A stretch of 64,000 bases of DNA from a virus (taxonomy: Duplodnaviria; Caudoviricetes): positions 1 through 64,000 of the IMG/VR virus record IMGVR_UViG_2548876794_000003; one strand, given 5' to 3'. Shown piece by piece: positions 1-8,624 of this stretch. The position numbers and the translations under genes were made by a program. Numbering within the stretch: the first letter of the stretch is position 1; the number at the start of each line of letters is the position of its first letter. The notes under the pieces were generated by a model. That model had not been told where the DNA came from and did not search any database. It saw only the letters and a list, made by a program, of their open reading frames with translations.

Positions 1-212
1 AAATCATTTTTCACAAAGGCGGTGCTTATCATCTTTACAAGGATTATCAAGACAAAGGCTATGCGCGCAGTGTTGGTTATGCTAATAGCAGTCTCAAAGA
101 TTTACGATGGACGTCAAAAGGTCGCATCTTCGTACATAGCATCCTTTTAGATTGCGGGTTCGAAGAGATAGACGAGCCGATGCGCCAACAGTCCTTATTT
201 AAACAAGGATAA
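1..212 (+). CDS. Phage antirepressor, KilAC (ANT) domain, 3' part only
   Basis: Frame starting at nt 3 reads ...GAYHLYKDYQDKGYARS...LRWTSKGRIFVHSIL..., matching the KilAC pattern (LY..YQDKGY...WT.KGR.F); TAA at 210-212. Not in the ORF track because it is truncated. Confidence 0.7.
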   Translation, partial: IIFHKGGAYHLYKDYQDKGYARSVGYANSSLKDLRWTSKGRIFVHSILLDCGFEEIDEPMRQQSLFKQG

Positions 213-219
213 CACTTTC

Positions 220-275
220 GCATACAAGCATACTTGCATACACACATACAGATATACACGCATACATACATATAA
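220..275. repeat. Small cluster of GCATAC-type 8-bp repeats (parS-like)
   Basis: gcatacaa gcatactt gcatacac acatacag atatacac gcatacat; same unit as at 38.5 kb and 48.9-50.2 kb. Confidence 0.7.
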
Positions 276-276
276 T

Positions 277-311
277 AAGAAGTCGCACTCCATGTGCGGC
301 TTCTTTGTTTT
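277..311 (+). terminator. Intrinsic terminator of the antirepressor gene
   Basis: aagaagtcgcac-tccat-gtgcggcttctt followed by tgtttt. Confidence 0.65.
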
Positions 312-315
312 GCGC

Positions 316-343
316 AAAATAAAAAGACAGCGTTAGCTGCCTT
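316..343 (-). terminator. Intrinsic terminator of the tRNA operon
   Basis: Minus strand AAGGCAGC-TAAC-GCTGTCTT then TTTATTTT. Confidence 0.65.
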
Positions 344-436
344 GGGGATATGGGCTGTGCAAGTCCACATTTGAATCTAATTGAAAAACCAAAGATTGGA
401 GCGAATAGTGAGTGACTAGCTCTTATTCACATAGAA

Positions 437-533
437 TGGAGGAGCAGGTGAGATTCGAACTCACGAACCGCCTTATAAAGACGGTTGCCTCGTTAGCAGT
501 GAGGTCCCTTCGACCGGGCTTGGGTACTGCTCC
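437..533 (-). tRNA. tRNA-Ser(GCT), long variable arm, CCA encoded
   Basis: GGAGCAG/CTGCTCC acceptor, anticodon loop CT-GCT-AA, variable arm AACCGTC..GGCGGTT, T arm GTGAG-TTCGAAT-CTCAC, 3' TCCA. Confidence 0.92.
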
Positions 534-656
534 ATAATCGCCTAAGCTTGCTCAACTTAGGCAAAATCGCTTTTACACTTTTTACAGTGAAGGCAGCGTC
601 ACCTATCATGTTAGTTTAAGGTTAGGTTTGTTAAACGCAATATTAAGTAGTGTGTA

Positions 657-935
657 TTATTCTATGTATTTCACCAAATCAATGATTGGTCCAAAGTGAT
701 GTTCCACGATACTAACGTTGTTGTTGCTGACAAGCGTTAGTGCATCACTATATGCGGCTTGGTAATAAGCGATCTTTTTCTCCATGAAATCGTTTGGAAT
801 AATAATCCACTCGATAGAATCGAAGGCTTTTACCTTTACCATCATGACGTCTCTACGTTGATTTTGAACATTCGCTTCGATTGCAAGCTGAAAAGCTTCT
901 ACTAAAAGTTGTTTTTTAGTGGGAGACGAAAACAT
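657..935 (-). CDS. Hypothetical protein (92 aa) inside the tRNA cluster
   Basis: Strong SD AAGGAGGT upstream of ATG; protein-like composition. Confidence 0.75.
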   Translation of the reverse strand: MFSSPTKKQLLVEAFQLAIEANVQNQRRDVMMVKVKAFDSIEWIIIPNDFMEKKIAYYQAAYSDALTLVSNNNVSIVEHHFGPIIDLVKYIE

Positions 936-1026
936 TTCGCTACCTCCTTCCTTGGAGAGAATGAGGATTCAACGCTCTGGCGAATAGGGCTGTTGAATAG
1001 CCATCGAAAAAGCAATTGTGTATTAT

Positions 1027-1086
1027 TGGTGGAACTCTGCAGGATTTGCACCTGCCAATTCATCGCGGCCTGCAGCCGAGAGTCCA
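1027..1086 (-). ncRNA. tRNA-like RNA lacking a normal anticodon arm
   Basis: (T)GGACTCT-CGGCTGCAGGCCG-CGATGAATTG-GCAGG-TGCAAAT-CCTGC-AGAGTTCC-ACCA: acceptor-like stem, one hairpin, T arm, ACCA end. Confidence 0.55.
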
Positions 1087-1087
1087 T

Positions 1088-1310
1088 CGTAGACAGAGAA
1101 AGAATTTCTCTGCCCTTGTTTTGTCTGTATGAAAAAGTAAGACAATGCTCTTTAAACCTGTGTAGCTAAACACTTAAAAGGATGTGTAGATTGTGGCGGG
1201 TTGACTGGACCCATAATAGGAAGTCATCGTTGTATTGAAACAACCAGTAGGGGTATTGAGTCCCTATTGCAACCTTGGATGACTGATGTGGCTTACGCTG
1301 CCTTACAGCA
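1088..1310 (-). ncRNA. Candidate structured ncRNA
   Basis: Three-way junction AGTCATC/GATGACT enclosing TAGGG/CCCTA and GTTGT/ACAAC hairpins, plus GGGT/ACCC and GGCAGAGAA/TTCTCTGTC hairpins; no credible ORF. Confidence 0.4.
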
Positions 1311-1496
1311 ATAAACCCTTTTGGAATGAAAGTAATTTCGTAGAAGATAATATTCTGTATAAAACACTTTTCATATCCACAACTCTTAGAGAAAAAATTC
1401 GAAAAAAGAAAGCTTGGAAATGAATCATTGCTTGTATAAAAAAGTAATCAAAAATGTTAGAGCCATAGTATGGAGATGTCCCCATTCTGCGGCATA

Positions 1497-1572
1497 TGGC
1501 TCCGCCAGCAGGATTCGAACCTGCGACAACTTGATTAACAGTCAAGTGCTCTACCAACTGAGCTATGGCGGA
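1497..1572 (-). tRNA. tRNA-Asn(GTT), CCA encoded
   Basis: TCCGCCATAGCTCAGTTGGTAGAGCACTTGACTGTTAATCAAGTTGTCGCAGGTTCGAATCCTGCTGGCGGAGCCA, canonical 76-nt cloverleaf. Confidence 0.97.
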
Positions 1573-1648
1573 ATAGTATCCCCCGTTCGGGGGAAACAAC
1601 AACTAAAGTATGAAAGCATGCTCGTAAACCTGTCTTGGTTACAAGAAC

Positions 1649-1678
1649 AGTCTATAGGAACTCTTATCTAGTTGTCAA
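1649..1678 (-). promoter_or_regulatory. SigA-type promoter of the tRNA operon
   Basis: TTGACA-18 nt-TAGACT on the minus strand. Confidence 0.5.
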
Positions 1679-1688
1679 TAAAATTATG

Positions 1689-2030
1689 TTACTTTTTCGC
1701 TATTAATGAGAAGTTTTTATAGAAATAAGGTTTATCTTCTAGTGGATAATTCCCATAAATTCGACATTCATCATACACATCCACTTCCATGTGCTTTTGA
1801 TAGTGTGCATTTTTGGCGAATAATTCTGGTGTTTTATAGTGTTTCATTTGCTCTTCTGATAAAGCAAATTCCACGATTAAGTATCCTGCGTCTGCGTCTA
1901 CTTCTGCGAAGTGTTGTACAGACTGAGCTGGTGGCATTGAAATAGCAATAATATGTAATAGTTCATCGACTTGCTCAATATGTTCTAAGTCGTCATAGAA
2001 GAAAGAGTAAACGTACATCTGTTTATTCAT
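1689..2030 (-). CDS. Hypothetical protein, last gene of the nrd operon
   Basis: 113-aa ORF abutting nrdF. Confidence 0.75.
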   Translation of the reverse strand: MNKQMYVYSFFYDDLEHIEQVDELLHIIAISMPPAQSVQHFAEVDADAGYLIVEFALSEEQMKHYKTPELFAKNAHYQKHMEVDVYDECRIYGNYPLEDKPYFYKNFSLIAKK

Positions 2031-2032
2031 CC

Positions 2033-3085
2033 TTATGCCCTTTTGACATACAGATGTTCAAAATCCGTCATGTCTGATAAATCGAATGTTTTTTTGTTGA
2101 TTGGCTCGACTGTTGCACGAGCATATGTAGTACCCTTTTGACTAAAGAAGTCATATGTAGTTAAATCATTGCGAATCCCGTTTAAAACGATTGGATTGAT
2201 TTCTTCTTCTGGGAACACGCCTTCTAGCCCCAGGTTCATAAGTGCTTTATTCGCATTGTAACGAACATAAGCTTTTACGCTGCCAGATAAGCCTGTGCCT
2301 GTTTCTCCGTAAAGCATATCTGTATAATCCATCTCGTTATCGTATAAGTCCATTAAAAGGCTGTACGTCCACGCGTCTACTTCATTTTGAACGTCCTCAC
2401 TAAAAGTCGCGCGAAGTTTTTGAGCTTCGTAGCCGACCGTCACGCCATGCAAACTTTCGTCACGTAAGATCAAACTAATTACTTCCGAAGAGTTACGTAG
2501 GATGCCTTGACCGCCTAAGTACAACGGATAGAAAAAGCCACTGTAGAATAAGAAGCTTTCAAGGAATGTTGAAGCTACGTACCCCTTATAAAGAGAAATG
2601 TCGTCATCTTCTTTAATATCGTTATAGATTTGAGAAATACGTTGCGCTTTATATTGAAGTTGTTGATTGGTTTTAACCCATTCAAACAATTCATCAATTT
2701 CTTTTTGTGTGCAAAGTGTCGTAAAGATATAGCTATACGATTTTGCATGCACCGCTTCAAAAGCATCGAATACTGCAAACAATGCTTTTAACATATTATC
2801 TTTTGTATACGCAGCAATTCGGTTCATACCAACGTTTGTTTGAACTGTATCAAGGAGTGTTAAACCAGCTAGTACCTTTTTGAAAACTTCTTTGAAATTG
2901 AAGTCTTTCCAAGATTTTCGGTCCTTACTTACAGCGATTTCCTCGGGAAACCAAATTTGGTTCCATTGTTGAGTCCATACAGACGCAACGAATGAATTCT
3001 CTTTCGACCAGTTAACTGCAGTAATCGGTTGTTGGTCTTGCATCAAAGCCATTGGTTTTTCTTGATTATCCTCTAAATTGAACAT
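2033..3085 (-). CDS. nrdF: Ribonucleotide reductase class Ib beta subunit
   Basis: WFPEEI, LTLLDT, EAVHAKSY, LESFLFYSGF, RDESLHG, YDFFS motifs; all metal ligands present; start 3085 or 3094. Confidence 0.96.
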   Translation of the reverse strand: MFNLEDNQEKPMALMQDQQPITAVNWSKENSFVASVWTQQWNQIWFPEEIAVSKDRKSWKDFNFKEVFKKVLAGLTLLDTVQTNVGMNRIAAYTKDNMLKALFAVFDAFEAVHAKSYSYIFTTLCTQKEIDELFEWVKTNQQLQYKAQRISQIYNDIKEDDDISLYKGYVASTFLESFLFYSGFFYPLYLGGQGILRNSSEVISLILRDESLHGVTVGYEAQKLRATFSEDVQNEVDAWTYSLLMDLYDNEMDYTDMLYGETGTGLSGSVKAYVRYNANKALMNLGLEGVFPEEEINPIVLNGIRNDLTTYDFFSQKGTTYARATVEPINKKTFDLSDMTDFEHLYVKRA

Positions 3086-5235
3086 GCTTCGCACTCTCCT
3101 AACGATTGATTTTGTGCATATTGAGATGCACCGCCACGAACAGAAGCAAATTCTAAAATACGTTTTTGTTTCTTCTGTTTTTGACGAACGTAGTAAACTG
3201 ATTTGATGCCTTTTTTAAATGCGTAATAATACGCTTTTGTAAGCATTTCTGTATTCCAATCGTCTGTGATATACAGTGTCATTGAAATTGCTTGGTCAAC
3301 GTGTTTTTGCAGTGCTGCATATACGTCAATCATTGCGAACGGGCTTACTTCATAAGCATCTAAATAATTTTCTTCGTTTTCTTTTGTTAGGAATGGCATC
3401 GGGTAAACTGTACGAGAATCTTGGTAATCACGAATCTCTACTTTTTGGTTTACTGGTCCGACACTAGCTGTGCATGAACGCACATACGAAATACTGCCTG
3501 TAGGCGCGATAGCTAGTCGGTATGCGTTATAGACACCATGCATGTCAATTTGTTTTTGTAACGAATCCCACATTTCAACTGAAATAACAGGAACGTAGCC
3601 AAGCATGCGACGAGCAGTAGGCGTTGGATCAATATGCTGCGCTTTTTGACGAGCAGTGTACTCGCCCGTTGCATACTCAGATATTTCAAAGCCTTCAAAC
3701 GAATGGCCATGTTTTTGTGCAAGCTTAGTAGAAGCTAGTAGTGAATAGTAATCTAATGCTTCTCCAAGGCTATCTGCAAAGCTAACTGAATCTGCTGATC
3801 CATATAAAACGTTGTGGAATGTACAATGACCTTCGAAGTTCATTAAGCCTAAGCCAATGGCATTCATGCGGTCATTCCCTACTTCTACAGAAGGAACGTT
3901 TACAATGCTAGTCATATCAGAAACATTACTTAATAGTTGAGTTGCTGTATCAACGAATTTACCGAAGTTTCTAATTGTAGCGCAAACTGCATGCGCATCA
4001 ATTGAGCCTAAGTTACAGCTGACATCGAAACCATAAATGTTTGGTTTGTTTTTGTCGGTGATAACGCTTGTCTTTTGTGACTGCGCGATTTCTGTACATA
4101 AGTTTGTGTTTTTAATACGACCAATCGCTTTTAAAGGATTCGCATTGTTCATCGTGTCATCATTCATTTCGAATGGATAGCCCGATTCAAATTGGCTCTT
4201 CTTGATTTCTGTGTATAGGTCACGAGCGTTAAGGTATTTCAGTTTGCGGATTTTTGGGTTATCCAGCAGTTCGTAATACATTTCAGTAATTGAAATTTCG
4301 CTCATTCGTAAACCATATTCTTTTTTGATGTCGTATGGGCTAAATAAGGCCATCTCTGCATCACGTTCCATTAATTCAAAGAAGATAGCCGGAATAACAA
4401 TACCGGTGCTTAATGTAGCTAGACGAATTTTTTCATCTGCATTTGATTTCTTTGTATCAATGAAAGCTTCAATGTCGCCATGGAAGATGTTTAAATAAAC
4501 CGCCCCAGAGCCTTGACGTTGGCCTAGTTGATTACTATAGCCAAAGCCCATTTCTAATTGTTTCGCTACTGGTACGACGCCGCTTGCAGCGTTTTCAACG
4601 CCTTTAATTGGGTCTCCTTCGCAACGCAGGTCAGTTAAGTTAGATGAAACACCACCGCCAAGACGAGATAACTCTAAGCAATAGCTGTAGTTCTCACCAA
4701 TCGAGTTCATCGAATCATCTAACGAAAGGATGAAGCACGAAACTAATTCTCCGCGCGCTTGCTTCCCGCTATTTAGGAACGTTGGTGTAGCTGGCTGATA
4801 GCCGCAAATAATTGCGTCAACCGCTTCTGTTGCAAGTTGCTTGTCACCACGAGCTAAATATAGCGCAGTAATAACGATTCGGTCCTCATAACGTTCTAAA
4901 ATTTCTTTGCCATCCCGCGATTTCATTGCGTATGAATCATAGAATTTCGACGCTGACATAAAAGTCGAGAAGCGGAATTTGTAAGCGTAGGCTTGCTCAT
5001 ATAGCGACACGATGAAATCCATGTCGTACATTTCAAGCACTTCTTTTTCATAATAGCCCGCTTCGACTAGGAATTTAATTTTATCCTCATGGTCGATGTA
5101 CGAGCGTAGTTTTGGAATCAATACATCAAGGAAGTATGAGCGTGTAGCTTCCATATCCTTGTTTCGATCAATAACACCTGTTGTTTCGTATTCGTTTAAC
5201 AGTTCGTTATTCAGCTTTAAAAATTGCTGCATCAT
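3073..5235 (-). CDS. nrdE: Ribonucleotide reductase class Ib alpha subunit
   Basis: YQPATPTFLN, LVSCF, NQLGQRQG, TNLCTEI, SCNLGS, IAPTGSISY, KSVYYVR, C-terminal CEACSI. Confidence 0.97.
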   Translation of the reverse strand: MMQQFLKLNNELLNEYETTGVIDRNKDMEATRSYFLDVLIPKLRSYIDHEDKIKFLVEAGYYEKEVLEMYDMDFIVSLYEQAYAYKFRFSTFMSASKFYDSYAMKSRDGKEILERYEDRIVITALYLARGDKQLATEAVDAIICGYQPATPTFLNSGKQARGELVSCFILSLDDSMNSIGENYSYCLELSRLGGGVSSNLTDLRCEGDPIKGVENAASGVVPVAKQLEMGFGYSNQLGQRQGSGAVYLNIFHGDIEAFIDTKKSNADEKIRLATLSTGIVIPAIFFELMERDAEMALFSPYDIKKEYGLRMSEISITEMYYELLDNPKIRKLKYLNARDLYTEIKKSQFESGYPFEMNDDTMNNANPLKAIGRIKNTNLCTEIAQSQKTSVITDKNKPNIYGFDVSCNLGSIDAHAVCATIRNFGKFVDTATQLLSNVSDMTSIVNVPSVEVGNDRMNAIGLGLMNFEGHCTFHNVLYGSADSVSFADSLGEALDYYSLLASTKLAQKHGHSFEGFEISEYATGEYTARQKAQHIDPTPTARRMLGYVPVISVEMWDSLQKQIDMHGVYNAYRLAIAPTGSISYVRSCTASVGPVNQKVEIRDYQDSRTVYPMPFLTKENEENYLDAYEVSPFAMIDVYAALQKHVDQAISMTLYITDDWNTEMLTKAYYYAFKKGIKSVYYVRQKQKKQKRILEFASVRGGASQYAQNQSLGECEACSI

Positions 5236-5594
5236 TTCTTCACCTTTTCATTATAAAATTCTTGAATAGCCAGATAGTCATGCGAACTCCCTCTTAAATC
5301 GAGTTTGCGGACTATCGGTATATTGAATTTTATTGAAAGAATATCCGCAGACTTCGCAAAGTTTGCATGACCGAAATTATTGTTTCCAGAAGCAACAACA
5401 CCTACGCAGTATGCATGATTTTTAAGCATATACATCAATACTGGTTGAGGTACCTGACCTAACATATCGGTATAGGTCACGAGCAGGAATGGACGTTCTG
5501 CAACTGGCATTTCTTCTAAAGAATAAGAGCCGTCTGTATCAAGTTTTGATACGATGTGTCTCACATTTCCTGTGCGTGACGCATAAACGATCAA
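5232..5594 (-). CDS. nrdI: Flavodoxin-like NrdI
   Basis: YASRTGNV, GVVASGNNNFG, F..SAD, DLRG motifs. Confidence 0.95.
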   Translation of the reverse strand: MIVYASRTGNVRHIVSKLDTDGSYSLEEMPVAERPFLLVTYTDMLGQVPQPVLMYMLKNHAYCVGVVASGNNNFGHANFAKSADILSIKFNIPIVRKLDLRGSSHDYLAIQEFYNEKVKK

Positions 5595-5827
5595 TTATTC
5601 TCCTGTGGAGTTAACATTTGTACATAACCTAAAATGCGTGGCATTGTGATGTACTCTCCATCGTCGGTCTCTAAAACCGGTGCCGTTGAGAATCCAGCTT
5701 TTCGTAATACTTCTGCTGCTTCTTCGTCAAATTCAACGTTTACAATTTCATAGGAAAGATCTTTTGAATCCATTAGAGTCTTTGCGATATTGCAACGTTG
5801 ACAATTTGTAGTTGTATATAATTTCAT
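5591..5827 (-). CDS. nrdH: Glutaredoxin-like NrdH redoxin
   Basis: LYT..NCQRC, GFSTAPV; upstream of nrdI. Confidence 0.9.
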   Translation of the reverse strand: MKLYTTTNCQRCNIAKTLMDSKDLSYEIVNVEFDEEAAEVLRKAGFSTAPVLETDDGEYITMPRILGYVQMLTPQENN

Positions 5828-5913
5828 GTGTTTTTCCTCCTGTTATAAAGCCCAGGGGTAACACGAGACATTCTTGTTTGAAAGGCGCTCGTTGAAGTCG
5901 ATACCCCAGAAAG

Positions 5914-6642
5914 CTACGAATTAAATGTCGTAAAGCCAATGAGAATCGCTTGTTGACCAAGCATAAACTCTAAGCTATTTTCTTTCTGTGTGTATTTTCC
6001 TTCTTTATATAACGAGTGAATGCGTTTGTTTATAACTGAAACAATCGTTTTGAAGAACTCATATGAAATATGGACTTCTAGTAAAAAAGTTATTCCGTCT
6101 TTTCTATGTGTATCTAGCACTTTTGTTACGACAAAAATATCGCTATCTTGATACCCATAGTCGACGTATGGACAGCAGTAATTTACAAGCCATTTCGTTG
6201 ATACGCCGAATAGCGTAGCTACTTCTTCTAACTTGTGCGGATAAGGATTATCTGTTGCAGTTTCGTCTGGTACTGTTGGATACAACAATACATATGGTGA
6301 ATAGCTTTCACCGAAGGAACGATAAAGCTCATGAATGAGTGAGCGCATCACTTCTTTGTTGCGGGCATTTTGAATAATGTCTGCAGTGATAGTCTCGGCT
6401 GTACGAAGAAGTGGAATTGTTTTATTAGTCATGAAGTTGGCCAATAGTGGATCCATAAGAATACGTTCATAGCCTTCGTCTGTTAATAGAATTTCTCTCG
6501 TCTCTCCTACCATTTCAGATACATAATCAATATCTAGTTGGTATTCGTTCTCACCGCACCCTAAATCAATTTGCGATAATACTTCATCAATGCGGTAATC
6601 TTCGCATCCTAATTCTGCTGCTACATCCTGTATAGTTTTCAC
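5914..6642 (-). CDS. Hypothetical protein
   Basis: 242-aa ORF, SD AAAGGAGGTG, GTG start. Confidence 0.75.
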   Translation of the reverse strand: MKTIQDVAAELGCEDYRIDEVLSQIDLGCGENEYQLDIDYVSEMVGETREILLTDEGYERILMDPLLANFMTNKTIPLLRTAETITADIIQNARNKEVMRSLIHELYRSFGESYSPYVLLYPTVPDETATDNPYPHKLEEVATLFGVSTKWLVNYCCPYVDYGYQDSDIFVVTKVLDTHRKDGITFLLEVHISYEFFKTIVSVINKRIHSLYKEGKYTQKENSLEFMLGQQAILIGFTTFNS

Positions 6643-6675
6643 AGTTTCACCTCCTTTGCAATAAGCTGGCAGTGC

Positions 6676-7011
6676 CTATTGTTCAGTTGATTTCAAGTAG
6701 CCTGGGTAATTATCTTGCATATATCGACACATTTTTTCGTCATGAAGGCGAACGCATTTAGCTGGGACTTTTGTGTTGCTACGTGGACCGTATTGCAACC
6801 ACAATGCTAAATATTTATTGTACTCTTCCGGCACTTTGTTATAGCAAAACTTGTTGATAATGTTAGCCACATAATCTGGATTCATTTCAATTTTCGATGG
6901 ATCCAGCACTTCGCCTTCATTCCAACCGATGCTTTTATAAAATTCTATCAAGTCGCCCTTACGTGTTAAAGCACGACGGAAGTGTCTCGGCAGTTTAAAT
7001 GTTTTCATCAT
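6676..7011 (-). CDS. Hypothetical protein
   Basis: 111-aa ORF coupled to dfr. Confidence 0.7.
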   Translation of the reverse strand: MMKTFKLPRHFRRALTRKGDLIEFYKSIGWNEGEVLDPSKIEMNPDYVANIINKFCYNKVPEEYNKYLALWLQYGPRSNTKVPAKCVRLHDEKMCRYMQDNYPGYLKSTEQ

Positions 7012-7520
7012 GAGCGAGTATGTTTCACGAATCGGTAGCCATCTCCTGTACCTAGTTCTGTTTCAACTGGGAACATAGATTTGTAGCTCTCTGGAAACTT
7101 CGTGTCAGAAAGATATGTATTTTCTACGTGCGTTACAAGGCAATCATGCACAAATGGCAATGCCTTTTTATAGATTTCTCCCCCGCCGATAATGAAAGTT
7201 CCTTTTGGGTAGCGAACCACAATGCTTTCTCGACGAGCGTAGTCTAGTGCTTGCATCAAAGAGTTAAATACGATGCAGTTAGGTTGATTAACGTTATATA
7301 AACGATTGTGAGTCACAATGACGTTCATACGGTTAGGTAGTGGTTTGTTAAGTGATTCGAACGTTTTGCGCCCCATAATCACAACACCATTAGTCGTTTG
7401 TTCCTTAAAGAATCGACGATCTTCTGGAATGTCCCATAAGATTCTTCCTTCGTACCCTATGCCATATGCTTTGTCGTGAGCCACAATCATCGTAATGTTT
7501 CGATGTTGTTTCTTCTTCAT
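7008..7520 (-). CDS. dfrA: Dihydrofolate reductase
   Basis: IVAHD...GIG, W.IPED..FF, VIMGRKTFESL..PLPNR.N, FIIGGGEIY, DTKFP. Confidence 0.96.
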   Translation of the reverse strand: MKKKQHRNITMIVAHDKAYGIGYEGRILWDIPEDRRFFKEQTTNGVVIMGRKTFESLNKPLPNRMNVIVTHNRLYNVNQPNCIVFNSLMQALDYARRESIVVRYPKGTFIIGGGEIYKKALPFVHDCLVTHVENTYLSDTKFPESYKSMFPVETELGTGDGYRFVKHTRS

Positions 7521-7529
7521 ATGTTTCTC

Positions 7530-8480
7530 CTATACAGCAACGGGTGCTTGGATTTTTTCGTGCGATTGATAGTTAGTTAATGTGAAATCTTCTGCAGTTA
7601 ATTCAAACAGCGGCTTGTCAGCAATCGTTACCGAAGGCAGTGGGTAATGATCTTGTTGATGCGTCAGCTGTTGTTTTGCTTGCTCGAAGTGATTTTTATA
7701 CAAGTGAACGTTTTGACCTGTATAAACAAGATACCTTGGCGTTTTGCCAATCTCTTTTGCAATCATCATTAATAGTAGTGCATAGCTCGCGATGTTGTAC
7801 GGAAGTCCTAAAAATACATCCGAGCTACGCATCATGAACGATAAGTCGACATATTCGTCTGTTATATTCATTTGAAAGAACATATGGCAAGGCGGCAGTG
7901 CTTGCTTTGGTAAGTCTTTCGGATTCCATGAGTCCACAATGATACGTCGGCTACTTGGATCGTTTTTGAGCAGTTCTAATGCTTCCGACAACTGGTCAAT
8001 TCCAGTATTCGGTTCAGAACCGCGCTCGTCACAATACCCGCCGTAGTTACGCCATTGGTGTCCATATACAGGGCCTAGTTCACCCCATGTTCGAGCGAAT
8101 TCGCTATCTTTAAGAATCATATTCTCAAATTCGCGCATTTCGTCTTTATATGCCTGCGTCCCAACAGCTGGCTTATTCCCAGTGTAGCTATTACTTTCTG
8201 TCCAGCGTTTGTATGGCCACTCTGTCCAAATATGATTGCGCTGTTGTAGCAGCGGCAGAATATTTGTTTGGCCAGAAACGAACCATAACAACTCTGTTAA
8301 AATTAATCGGAAAGATGTCTTTTTCGTTGTAAGAAGCGGAAAACCATCTCGCAAGTCAAACTTCATTTGATGGCCGAAAATCATCTGTGTACCTGTACCA
8401 GTACGGTCAGCAGACGCTTCGCCATCTTTAATCAACTGACCTAACAATTGGCAGTATTGAGTATCAAGGTCATTAATCAT
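7530..8480 (-). CDS. thyA: Thymidylate synthase
   Basis: DRTGTGT, FPLLTTKK, ELLWF, LGPVYG.QWR, ALPPCH, RSSDVFLGLPYNIASY, HLY.NH; start reassigned to ATG 8480 (SD GAAGGGG). Confidence 0.97.
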   Translation of the reverse strand: MINDLDTQYCQLLGQLIKDGEASADRTGTGTQMIFGHQMKFDLRDGFPLLTTKKTSFRLILTELLWFVSGQTNILPLLQQRNHIWTEWPYKRWTESNSYTGNKPAVGTQAYKDEMREFENMILKDSEFARTWGELGPVYGHQWRNYGGYCDERGSEPNTGIDQLSEALELLKNDPSSRRIIVDSWNPKDLPKQALPPCHMFFQMNITDEYVDLSFMMRSSDVFLGLPYNIASYALLLMMIAKEIGKTPRYLVYTGQNVHLYKNHFEQAKQQLTHQQDHYPLPSVTIADKPLFELTAEDFTLTNYQSHEKIQAPVAV

Positions 8481-8543
8481 ATAGTTCTTACGTCCCTTCA
8501 AAGGTAGTGAATATAAAAAATAGAGAGGCTTTAGCCCCTCCAT

Positions 8544-8572
8544 CATTATACTTTAAGGCGTAATAAGTAACA
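8544..8572 (-). promoter_or_regulatory. SigA-type promoter of the thyA-dfr-nrd block (coordinates approximate)
   Basis: TTGTTA-17 nt-TATAAT on the minus strand, immediately followed by a terminator hairpin. Confidence 0.5.
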
Positions 8573-8624
8573 ACCTTTTCGTAGTATTTGTATCTTTTTG
8601 ATTATTAGTAAATAATTTGGCAGA

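Noticed and set aside
1471-1484. GGGGACATCTCCA resembling fused ends of a Bacillus tmRNA/tRNA
   Set aside because: Too short to distinguish from chance.
1027-1490. Canonical tmRNA (ssrA)
   Set aside because: No GG(A/T)TTCGAC D-loop analogue after a matching 5' stem. The ...KAA-stop at about 1293-1304 lies outside the only possible acceptor pairing. Kept only as a tRNA-like element.
1303-1671. ORFs 1303-1602 and 1414-1671
   Set aside because: They overlap tRNA-Asn; shadow ORFs.
2033-8480. Introns/inteins in nrdE, nrdF or thyA, or a metal-free class Ie NrdF
   Set aside because: ORFs are continuous and of normal length; NrdF keeps all D/E/H ligands.
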